A DNA stretch of 20,000 nucleotides, from IMG/VR virus record IMGVR_UViG_3300035670_000180. One strand, 5' to 3'. Shown piece after piece: positions 1-7,043 of the stretch. Source of the DNA: an uncultured virus (IMG/VR IMGVR_UViG_3300035670_000180). Lineage: Duplodnaviria; Heunggongvirae; Uroviricota; Caudoviricetes. Each line of letters opens with the position of its first letter. The stretch's first letter is position 1. The notes below the pieces were generated by a model, which saw nothing but the letters and a program-made list of their open reading frames with translations, had not been told where the DNA came from and searched no databases. A program made the position numbers and the translations under genes.

Positions 1-60
1 GGCCTTTTTGTGATTCACAGATTGCAGATTGTGCAAGCGTCAACGGAACGGAGATTGCGT

Positions 61-753
61 GTGACGCAAGCACAAACAGCCGCATGGGACCGCGAGCCCG
101 ACGTCGAGGACGTGTCGCGGTCCCTGGTCGAGCACATCGCGGCCCGATCAATCCACGCCGAGATGACGCCAATGGCAAAGATCGCGCTCGACGGCGCGCT
201 GGGCGTTGGGGACCTGCGGCGCATCGAGGATCAGCTCGGCGGCATCGAGATCGTCGCGCCGCATCGCCTGAGCCCTGTCGAATATCTCGTGCAGCGGGGC
301 ACGCTTAGTGATCTCGAGCAGGCGGTCTGCCGCATGTACAGGCTCGACTACGACATGGCGATGGATCGGTCGTCCGGCGTGATGAATTACGACGCCATCG
401 GGTTCCACGCGACCGAGCAGACCCGCCAGGATCAGAAGCGCGGATGGACCGGCAAAGGGGCCGCGCGGACGGTGAGGGCTCGGGATATCGGCGCCGCCCG
501 TCTGACGGCGATGCAGAGGCGGGGCGCGTTCGCGCGGGATCACTACGTGGCGGCGTGGCTGGCCGAGGCGATCATCGGGCGTGAGATGTTCCCGTCCGCC
601 CTCGAGGGCACGCTGGGCTGCGGCTCGCGGCAGATCATGGCCCATTTCCGGGTGGCCCTGGCCGAGCTGGCCGCGTTCTACCGGCTGGCGGCTCAAGCCA
701 AGCCGAGGCCGCGCGGAATTACGAGCTGGAACGATGGGGACATGGCGAAATAG
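61..753 (+). CDS. Phage protein, DUF6456-like (possible late transcriptional regulator)
   Basis: GGAG at 50-53 precedes an in-frame GTG at 61. LSPVEYLVQRGTLSDLEQAVCRMYRLDYD and the C-terminal 'LEGTLG...FRVALAELAAFY' resemble DUF6456/GafA C-terminal-type alphaproteobacterial phage proteins (recalled, not searched). Confidence 0.5.
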   Translation: MTQAQTAAWDREPDVEDVSRSLVEHIAARSIHAEMTPMAKIALDGALGVGDLRRIEDQLGGIEIVAPHRLSPVEYLVQRGTLSDLEQAVCRMYRLDYDMAMDRSSGVMNYDAIGFHATEQTRQDQKRGWTGKGAARTVRARDIGAARLTAMQRRGAFARDHYVAAWLAEAIIGREMFPSALEGTLGCGSRQIMAHFRVALAELAAFYRLAAQAKPRPRGITSWNDGDMAK

Positions 754-1033
754 CGATTGCCGGGCCGTAGCTGGCCGCTGGCTGAGTTTTGTTGCGTGGT
801 GGTGGGTATGGCTAGGGCCAATCGAAATGGCCGCCACGGGTCAAATTCAAGGGTTCTGCGTTCTGTAGCGTTCGAGTTGGCCCGTGGAATGCCGTTTGCT
901 CGCGTTGGGGCTGCGCGCTGGCGGGCAAGGCGGGGTCGGCCGCTAGGGTACCCAAGGCTCCCGCAAACGGCCGCTGGCGAGCGAACTGGTGAAGATTTCT
1001 TGAGAGGCCCAATCGGGCAAGAGGGGGACGACA

Positions 1034-1498
1034 ATGGCAGGCAGTCTGAACAAGGTGACGTTGATCGGCAGGGTCGGCAAAGACCCAGCGGTGCGGTCGT
1101 TCAACGATGGCAATCGCATGGCGACGTTCTCGCTTGCGACGAGCGAGAGCTGGAAGGACAAGGGGACGGGCGAGCGCAAGGAGAAATCCGAGTGGCATAA
1201 CATCGTCGTCACCGGCGCGCTCGTCGGCACGGTCGAGCAGTACGTCAAGAAGGGGATGCTGCTCTACGTCGAGGGCCAGCTGCGGACCCGCAAATATCAG
1301 GACCAGAGCGGCGCCGAGAAATACTCGACCGAGATCACGCTGGGCGGATTCAACGGTTCGATCCAGATGCTGAGCCGGGCAGATGAGGCGGGCGGATCGC
1401 GTCCCGATCACCAAGCGCCGTCCGGCTACAGCGCGCCCGCCAAGGCAGCACCGGCCAAGGCCGCGCCCAAGATGATCGACGACGAGATTCCGTTCTGA
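1034..1498 (+). CDS. ssb: Single-stranded DNA-binding protein
   Basis: MAGSLNKVTLIGRVGKDP, FSLATSESWKDK, EWHNIV, YVEGQLRTRKY and acidic C-terminal tip DDEIPF; RBS GAGGGGG upstream. Confidence 0.98.
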   Translation: MAGSLNKVTLIGRVGKDPAVRSFNDGNRMATFSLATSESWKDKGTGERKEKSEWHNIVVTGALVGTVEQYVKKGMLLYVEGQLRTRKYQDQSGAEKYSTEITLGGFNGSIQMLSRADEAGGSRPDHQAPSGYSAPAKAAPAKAAPKMIDDEIPF

Positions 1499-1500
1499 TC

Positions 1501-1689
1501 ATGGAGCTTGGCAGCGGATATCGCGTCGATAGCCCAGGCGATGAGCAGGGCTGGACGTTCAAGGTAGGAGCCTGGGAGGCATTTGTTGTGCCCGGCTGGC
1601 GAATTAGCAGGATGGTGCCGAGCGAGCCGTATCTGGTCCGCTCGGTCTGGAGAATAGGCCCGCTAGTGCTGATTCGCTGGGCTGTGTGA
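1501..1689 (+). CDS. Small hypothetical protein (Trp-rich)
   Basis: Starts 2 nt after the ssb stop and ends just before a terminator; no recognisable motif. Confidence 0.5.
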   Translation: MELGSGYRVDSPGDEQGWTFKVGAWEAFVVPGWRISRMVPSEPYLVRSVWRIGPLVLIRWAV

Positions 1690-1692
1690 GGC

Positions 1693-1723
1693 GATGCCGG
1701 GCCAAGTGTCCGGCATCTTTTTT
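1693..1723 (+). terminator. Rho-independent terminator
   Basis: GATGCCGG-N9-CCGGCATC followed by TTTTTT. Confidence 0.8.
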
Positions 1724-1772
1724 GCAGAATCTGCAATTTTCTGTTGATCGCAGAATTGCGACGCACTATAGC
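1722..1772 (+). promoter_or_regulatory. Putative sigma70-type promoter with operator-like palindromes
   Basis: TTGATC (1744-1749), 17-nt spacer, TATAGC (1767-1772). Palindromes TTGCAGAATCTGCAA (1722-1736) and TCGCA-GAAT-TGCGA (1748-1761). Confidence 0.6.
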
Positions 1773-1818
1773 TAAGTCATCGCCAACGGCATTGCGCCAA
1801 CCCGATAGGACGACGAAC

Positions 1819-2370
1819 ATGGCACACGCAGCAAAGCATTCCGGCACCTGCCAAGTCTGCGGCTCCAAGCAGAAGCTCCCGCGCGGAGTTCTCGCGCTCC
1901 ACGGATACACAACAGCCCTCGGCTTTTTCTCCGGCACATGCCGGGGATCGGGCCACCTGCCGCTCGAACAGAGCTGCGATCTCGCCAAGCAAGCGGTCAG
2001 CTGGACCGAGGCCCGCATCGCGCAGCTCGAGGCGCAGGTGCGCTGCCTGACCGCCCCGCCCACCGAGGCGCGCGCATGGGTGCAGATCACCAAGTACGTC
2101 GGCCGCAAGACGATCAAGAGCGCCGCGAAGGTCGAGATCGAGGTCGACGGCAACGGGCGGCCCTTCTACGTCACCTGCGGGGATCGCCCGATGCGCACTT
2201 CGGCTTTCCAGCTCGGCATGCCATCGGCCAGCGCGCTCGAGATGGCCGCGCATCTCAACCGCCAGCACGCCAACGTCGTGACGCGGGAGATCGGCATGGC
2301 CGCCGCCTACCTCGCGGACCTGCGCCGCATGATCGCTGCATGGCAGCCACGCCCGCTCATCGCAGCCTGA
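1819..2370 (+). CDS. Hypothetical phage protein with probable Zn-binding N-terminus
   Basis: ATG 1819 after AGGA; TCQVCG...ALHGY...GTCRGS gives a CxxC/H/C ligand pattern; coding-like codon usage. Confidence 0.75.
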   Translation: MAHAAKHSGTCQVCGSKQKLPRGVLALHGYTTALGFFSGTCRGSGHLPLEQSCDLAKQAVSWTEARIAQLEAQVRCLTAPPTEARAWVQITKYVGRKTIKSAAKVEIEVDGNGRPFYVTCGDRPMRTSAFQLGMPSASALEMAAHLNRQHANVVTREIGMAAAYLADLRRMIAAWQPRPLIAA

Positions 2371-2426
2371 TCTCAACGGAGGCGGCCTCAGCGCCGCCTT
2401 CCCAGCCCAATTAGGAGGACACGACG

Positions 2427-2633
2427 ATGGCTCAAGTGGCGACGAAACGCATCAAGGTCAGCAAGCAGACGCTGCACACTCTCGCCATGGCGGATCTTGT
2501 CCGGCTGCGCGCGCTGTGCAGGGCGGACGCCATCACGGCGGACCGCATCGGCGACGACACCATGTGGATGAGGACAAGATCGTGGCACGATGCGATCAGC
2601 AAGGAATTGGATCGTCGCGGGCACAATATCTGA
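2427..2633 (+). CDS. Small hypothetical protein
   Basis: Strong RBS AGGAGG at 2413-2418; 68 aa; fits between neighbouring genes. Confidence 0.7.
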   Translation: MAQVATKRIKVSKQTLHTLAMADLVRLRALCRADAITADRIGDDTMWMRTRSWHDAISKELDRRGHNI

Positions 2634-2695
2634 CGCGACCAACGGCCCGGCCCTCAACTGAGGAGCCGGGCGCAAAAACCGAGGAGGACACGGCT

Positions 2696-3034
2696 ATGGC
2701 ACGCATCAAATCATCAATCGCAGCAGCGGCAATCTTCATTGGCGGGATCGGAGCCGCCCAGGCGCAAAGCCAAAAGGCGTTTCGGGAGGCCGTCGAGGCG
2801 ATGGGCTCGCTCATTGCAGCCTCTGAGTTCTGCAGCATGCCACTTAGCCGTGAGGTCTCAACCTTTCTCGATAACCTCCCGGCATCGGCGCCAAACATGG
2901 CAGGCATCGCCAACGGCATGGAGCGGATGAGAACCCAACTTGAAAGCAACGCGCGCCGCATGGGCCGCGCCAACGCCTGCGCCGATCTTCGCCTGCGGAT
3001 GAGAAATAGCAACGTCGGCGAGCTGCTTCGCTGA
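2696..3034 (+). CDS. Small secreted/periplasmic protein
   Basis: RBS GAGGAGG at 2681; signal peptide MARIKSSIAAAAIFIGGIGAAQA; two Cys in the mature part. Confidence 0.75.
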   Translation: MARIKSSIAAAAIFIGGIGAAQAQSQKAFREAVEAMGSLIAASEFCSMPLSREVSTFLDNLPASAPNMAGIANGMERMRTQLESNARRMGRANACADLRLRMRNSNVGELLR

Positions 3035-3051
3035 TCAAGGAGGAGGACACC

Positions 3052-3606
3052 ATGACGGACGGAATTGACACGGACGAGCCCAAACGGAAGCGCAAGCGTG
3101 TGAAATGGGCGGACTACCGGCCATCCAATCTGGACCAAGCAGCCATCGACTGGACCCGGCAGAACATCAAGCGGATGGGACTCAAGAACAAGCACGTCGC
3201 TCATCACCTCGGTGTGTCGGAGCAGCGTTTCAGCAACAAGATGTGCGGCAAGAACCGTCTGAACATCATCGAGCTGCGCAAGTTGGCCGCGTTCTTCGGC
3301 GTGCCTCCGCCCAATTTTGTCAAAGAGCCGCAGACCGCCGATGTGTCGAGAGTCAGAATTATTGGGCGCATCGTCGAGCAGCCCGCACGTGAGGAGACAG
3401 CCATGACGCCAAACGAGATGAAGAGGGCCAGGGCAGCGCTGGAACTCACCCTGGACCAGATGGCCGAGATGCTCGGCTACGAGGGCACCCAGAGGCGCCA
3501 GCAGCAGTATGACCTGGAGACGGGGAAGAGGCCGATCAGAGGCTGCCAGCGGCGGCTCATTGAGGCGTATTTGGCCGGATGGCGCCCTGAGGACTGGCCC
3601 AGATAG
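3052..3606 (+). CDS. Double XRE/Cro-type helix-turn-helix protein (second domain has its own in-frame start at 3403)
   Basis: HTH1: MGLKNKHVAHHLGVSEQRFSNKMCGKNRLNIIELRKLAAFFGV. HTH2: MTPNEMKRARAALELTLDQMAEMLG...DLETGKRPI. RBS AGGAGG at 3041 and GAGGAG at 3391. Confidence 0.8.
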   Translation: MTDGIDTDEPKRKRKRVKWADYRPSNLDQAAIDWTRQNIKRMGLKNKHVAHHLGVSEQRFSNKMCGKNRLNIIELRKLAAFFGVPPPNFVKEPQTADVSRVRIIGRIVEQPAREETAMTPNEMKRARAALELTLDQMAEMLGYEGTQRRQQQYDLETGKRPIRGCQRRLIEAYLAGWRPEDWPR

Positions 3607-3636
3607 CAGCAAAGGCCGAGATCAAGACGCGGAAAC

Positions 3637-3668
3637 AGGGCGGGCAGCGGTGTCCGCCCTTTTTCTTT
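3637..3668 (+). terminator. Rho-independent terminator
   Basis: AGGGCGGGCA-GCGG-TGTCCGCCCT followed by TTTTCTTT. Confidence 0.85.
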
Positions 3669-3925
3669 GCGGATTGTGCAAAGCAAGCATCTAGTATAAA
3701 ACGCCCACATCGCGCAATAAAGTTGCGCGCAGGCCCGGGGAAGATAGAAAACCTTGCCATCGGCTCGAGATCAAACGATCCCAAAGTATTTCTACGCGAA
3801 TCAGATAGACATCGCGTGTTCTTCGGAGCACTCGAGCAGTCGTGCGCGCGTCATCTAGCAGTAAAACGACAGTATTTGCGGATACTTGCTTTGCCATTTT
3901 TGTTACTTGTTTCAAACACATAGCG

Positions 3926-3954
3926 TTGACAACGGTACGTTGCTTCGGCATGTT
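3926..3954 (+). promoter_or_regulatory. Possible promoter upstream of the late region and the omegaRNA
   Basis: Perfect -35 TTGACA (3926-3931) in an AT-richer intergenic region; weak -10 (CATGTT) at 17-nt spacing. Confidence 0.4.
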
Positions 3955-3997
3955 TTGGTCACATTCGAGAATTGTCTGCGGATACTTGCAGACGAGA

Positions 3998-4031
3998 GCG
4001 GCGGTCCCAAGGCGGGCCGCCGTTTTGCTTT
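3998..4031 (+). terminator. Terminator-like hairpin
   Basis: GCGGCGGTCC-CAAGGC-GGGCCGCCGT followed by TTTGCTTT. Confidence 0.55.
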
Positions 4032-4043
4032 GGAGGCAAAGCC

Positions 4044-4317
4044 GTAACTGATCCCCGGCCTGAAGGCCGGGGCTTTCCAGGAGGGAGACTGACTGGGAGG
4101 CCATAGTTACCAGACCCCGGCGCAAGCCGGAGCCGCACTTAGAGAGGTTAAAGACCCACCCCGCCGTGCTTCCTCAGCGGCGGGCTCTGGAAATTCCGAA
4201 AGCAGACACGCCAGGTCAGGCACGAAACGGTTCGGAATATAGCCGCTCTTTTGCAAGGTCGAGGGGAACTTTACTGGGGCCGCAAGGCCAAACTCTAAAG
4301 ACAGAAAGGAGGTCGCA
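4044..4317 (+). ncRNA. omegaRNA (HEARO-like) scaffold of IscB; guide taken from the flank just upstream (about 4024-4043)
   Basis: About 270 nt of structured non-coding DNA directly 5' of iscB. GTAACT (4044-4049) pairs with AGTTAC (4105-4110) and encloses the IS-end hairpin. Further stems: CCCGCCG-TGCTTCCTCAG-CGGCGGG and ATTCCGAA...TTCGGAAT. A GGTCGAGGGG motif lies near the 3' end. Confidence 0.85.
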
Positions 4318-5607
4318 ATGTCGGTGTTTGTTCTCGGGTCGGATAAGCGGCCTCTGATGCCGTGCTCTGAAAAGCGGGCTCGGCTTTTGTTGACGAGAAA
4401 GAGGGCGGCGGTCTTCCGGCGCTATCCGTTTACGATCATCCTCAAGGATCGGACGCAGGACGACTGCGAATTGCAGCCGGTTGAAATCAAGCTCGATCCG
4501 GGCAGCAAGGTCACTGGCATCGCCGTTGTTCGCGGCGGCGCCGGCAACAAGCCAGACACGGTGCTTTGGCTCGCCGAGTTGGCCCATCGCGGTGCGGCCA
4601 TACGCGACAAGCTGAAGGCCCGCGCAGCATTTCGTCGTCGTCGGCGCAGCAAGAACCTGCGCTATCGTCCGGCACGGTTCGATAACAGGACAAAGCCCAA
4701 GGGCTGGCTCGCGCCGTCGCTGCGGCACCGCGTCGAAACGACGATGTCTTGGGTTGAGCGCTTGCGGCGCTGGTGCCCCGTCACTGGCATCGCGCAAGAG
4801 CTTGTGCGTTTCGACATGCAAGCTATGGAAAACCCGGAGATCTCCGGCGTCGAGTATCAGCGTGGGACGCTCGCCGGAACAGAGGTCCGGGAATACCTGC
4901 TCGCAAAGTGGGGTCGCGCCTGCGCGTACTGCGGCATCGCCGACGTGCCCCTCAACATAGATCACATTGAGCCTCGCGCTCGTGGCGGATCGAACCGCGT
5001 GTCCAACCTCTGCGTTGCATGTGTCTCGTGCAATCAGAAGAAGGGCGCGCAACCGGTCGAAGTATTTCTCGCCAAGCAGCCGAAGGTGTTGGCCCGCATC
5101 AAGATCCAGGCCAAGGCGCCGCTTCGGGACGCAGCAGCCGTCAACTCGACTCGCTGGGCGTTGTTCCAGGAGATCAAGGCAACAGGACTCGCGGTGCGCT
5201 GTGGGTCTGGAGGCCGCACAAAGTGGAACCGCTCGCGGCTTGGCATCCCCAAGACGCACGCCCTGGATGCAGCCTGCGTCGGCGAGACGGATGCGCTCGC
5301 AGGATGGCAGGCCCCAGCACTTGGAATCAAATGCACCGGGCGCGGCGCGTACCAACGCACACGGCTAAATAAGTACGGCTTCCCGCGCGGGCATCTGATG
5401 CGGGGGAAGTCAGCGTTCGGTTTTCAGACCGGTGACATGGTGGTTGCCGATGTTGCGCGCGGAAAGAACTCCGGTCGCCATGTCGGTCGCGTTGCGATCC
5501 GCGCGAGCGGTTCGTTCAACATACAGACGCCGACGGGCGTCGTGCAGAATGTTTCTTGGAAGCACTGCACCACTATCGCTCGTGGCGATGGCTACAGTTT
5601 CTCGTAG
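4318..5607 (+). CDS. iscB: RNA-guided endonuclease IscB (PLMP, split RuvC, HNH)
   Basis: N-terminal RPLMPC; RuvC-I KLDPGSKVTG; Arg-rich bridge helix RRRRRSKNLRYRPARFDNR; RuvC-II ELVRFD; HNH CAYCG..IDHIEPRARGGSNRVSNLCVACVSCNQKK; RuvC-III KTHALDAAC. RBS AAGGAGG. Confidence 0.97.
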   Translation: MSVFVLGSDKRPLMPCSEKRARLLLTRKRAAVFRRYPFTIILKDRTQDDCELQPVEIKLDPGSKVTGIAVVRGGAGNKPDTVLWLAELAHRGAAIRDKLKARAAFRRRRRSKNLRYRPARFDNRTKPKGWLAPSLRHRVETTMSWVERLRRWCPVTGIAQELVRFDMQAMENPEISGVEYQRGTLAGTEVREYLLAKWGRACAYCGIADVPLNIDHIEPRARGGSNRVSNLCVACVSCNQKKGAQPVEVFLAKQPKVLARIKIQAKAPLRDAAAVNSTRWALFQEIKATGLAVRCGSGGRTKWNRSRLGIPKTHALDAACVGETDALAGWQAPALGIKCTGRGAYQRTRLNKYGFPRGHLMRGKSAFGFQTGDMVVADVARGKNSGRHVGRVAIRASGSFNIQTPTGVVQNVSWKHCTTIARGDGYSFS

Positions 5608-5690
5608 TCTCGGCGGGTAAAGCCCGCGCTCGATGCGAGAACTCCTATCCCGCCCCGGCCTGAAGGCCGGGGTAACCCGGAGAAAAGTTG

Positions 5691-5837
5691 ATGTCGTGCT
5701 CGGGATGCTCGAAGCGCAAGCAAGCCCTCGCAGGTGCCCGCACCGCCCAACAGGCGATCAAGCGGGCGGCGGTCGTCGCCAAGCACGCCGCGCGAGACCT
5801 CCGTAGGACCGTGCTGCCCTCCAGACGAGGGAGATAA
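5691..5837 (+). CDS. Small basic CxxC phage protein, 48 aa (not in the ORF track)
   Basis: MSCSGCSKRKQALAGARTAQQAIKRAAVVAKHAARDLRRTVLPSRRGR*. GGAG lies 8 nt upstream, inside the IS end. The ORF fills the gap before the gene at 5856. Confidence 0.65.
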   Translation: MSCSGCSKRKQALAGARTAQQAIKRAAVVAKHAARDLRRTVLPSRRGR

Positions 5838-5855
5838 ATAGATCGGAGCGGGACC

Positions 5856-6482
5856 ATGGCCGGGTACAATGTCGCCATCGACGTGAAGCTGGACCTGCAA
5901 CCCCTCGCTAACGCGTTGGCCGACCTACCCAAAGAGGCGATGGACAAGCGCATCGCCTGGGGGCTCAACAAGGCAATCCGCAAATTCGGCTCGGCGGCCC
6001 ATCGCCAGCTCAAGACCGACACCAAGATGGTCCGGGGCGTGTCCCGGCTCAAGCGGGGCGTCAGCTATCGCAACGCCAGCGCCGGGAACCTTGAGGCCAC
6101 GTATCGCATCCGCGACAAGAATCTCCCGATCACGAAGGCCTACTTCAAGGCGTCGTACTCCAACTTCGGACGTGCTGGTGCAATGGCGCGCAACGGCGGC
6201 ACCGCAACGCCCGCTGGTGCCAGCTGGCTATCCTGGGACGCCAATCGTCTCGGGCGGCGCACGTTCCAGATCAAGGGCAAGAAGCCGGTATTCATCAGGC
6301 TCCGCAGCAACGGCGGCAAGAAGGTCGAGACGGTGCGCGGCCCGAACCCGGCCGAGATGCTCCGGCTCTACAGCGCCCCATACGAGGCAGCCCTGCAAGC
6401 CGAAGGGCAGGAGCAGGTGCGCAGACAGATCGAGGCGTACCGCAAGGCCGAGGCCACAGTGAAGGCGCGCTACGGTCTATAA
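5856..6482 (+). CDS. Phage protein, lambda gpZ (minor tail/tail completion)-like
   Basis: Basic 208-aa protein with 'IAWGLNKA' helix and 'TFQIKG..PVFIR..VETVRGP' C-terminus as seen in gpZ-like proteins; RBS GGAG. Confidence 0.55.
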   Translation: MAGYNVAIDVKLDLQPLANALADLPKEAMDKRIAWGLNKAIRKFGSAAHRQLKTDTKMVRGVSRLKRGVSYRNASAGNLEATYRIRDKNLPITKAYFKASYSNFGRAGAMARNGGTATPAGASWLSWDANRLGRRTFQIKGKKPVFIRLRSNGGKKVETVRGPNPAEMLRLYSAPYEAALQAEGQEQVRRQIEAYRKAEATVKARYGL

Positions 6483-6497
6483 CATCGAGGCCCGCCC

Positions 6498-6758
6498 ATG
6501 CGCCCATGCCGCTCCTGCGAGTACTGCATCCCCGCAATCCTCGGGCCAACGGATGATCGATGCGCATTCGATCATCGCAACGGCGTTGTGCCGCCCACCG
6601 CCGCCTATCCCACGACCGAGTGGATGAGATCGCCAGCAGCACCATGCGGGCCATCGGCAAGGGCGCATCGCCCGATAGTGGCGCATAGCATTGGCGCCGC
6701 CCATGAAGCGATGCACGTCGCCCAGACAGGGCGCACGGGGCCACTCGTAGTCGCATGA
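6498..6758 (+). CDS. Small Cys-rich hypothetical phage protein
   Basis: CRSCEYC...RC...R...CGP pattern; GAGG upstream. Confidence 0.6.
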   Translation: MRPCRSCEYCIPAILGPTDDRCAFDHRNGVVPPTAAYPTTEWMRSPAAPCGPSARAHRPIVAHSIGAAHEAMHVAQTGRTGPLVVA

Positions 6759-6866
6759 TGCGCATTGCTCGCCCATAGGAAGGCGCAGACAGGGGCTTCG
6801 TGACGTAGCTATGGGTGCCTATGGGGCCCCTAATGAGGCCGCCAGCGGGCCGCCATGAGCGAACCA

Positions 6867-6915
6867 GGGTCCTCTGCCAAGGGGTGCCATATGGCGCGGC
6901 GAAACCCAGCCCCGC
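6867..6915 (+). other. Candidate cos site (cosQ-like heptamer plus cosN-like sequence)
   Basis: GGGTCCT (6867-6873) is identical to lambda cosQ. It is followed 20 nt later by GCGCGGCGAAAC (8/12 identity to the lambda cohesive end GGGCGGCGACCT), in non-coding DNA upstream of the packaging genes. Confidence 0.45.
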
Positions 6916-7043
6916 TTTCTGTTCAGCTAACGTCGTATTTTCTGGTTGTAGTCTGGTTCTGGCTGCACCAGGAAGTTGCGCTCGCCGCCACGGGCGCCAG
7001 CATTGGGATAAGCAACTCAAGCAACTAGAGGATGTGCTGGGGG

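Larger units (their letters stand above)
4044..5690 (+). mobile_element. Non-autonomous IS200/IS605-family element carrying omegaRNA and iscB (no tnpA)
   Basis: Identical 20-nt subterminal hairpins CCCCGGCCTGAAGGCCGGGG at 4053-4072 and 5653-5672 flank iscB; no target-site duplication. Joining the flanks restores GGAGG-CAAAGCC-ATG. Confidence 0.85.

Noticed and set aside
757..1200. 147-aa ORF overlapping ssb
   Set aside because: Out-of-frame overlap with ssb, no RBS, and low-complexity Arg/Gly content.
2652..2690. Hammerhead ribozyme core (CTGAGGA)
   Set aside because: No stem II followed by GAAA; the segment is better explained as a simple hairpin.
3691..4125. Possible tnpA or other gene upstream of iscB
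   Set aside because: No HUH/Tyr transposase motifs; atypical composition; the ORF overlaps the omegaRNA and regulatory hairpins.
4318..5607. Calling this protein Cas9 or a phage packaging HNH nuclease
   Set aside because: It has a PLMP N-terminus, is only 429 aa with no REC lobe, and is flanked by an omegaRNA and IS ends with no CRISPR array, all of which indicate IscB.
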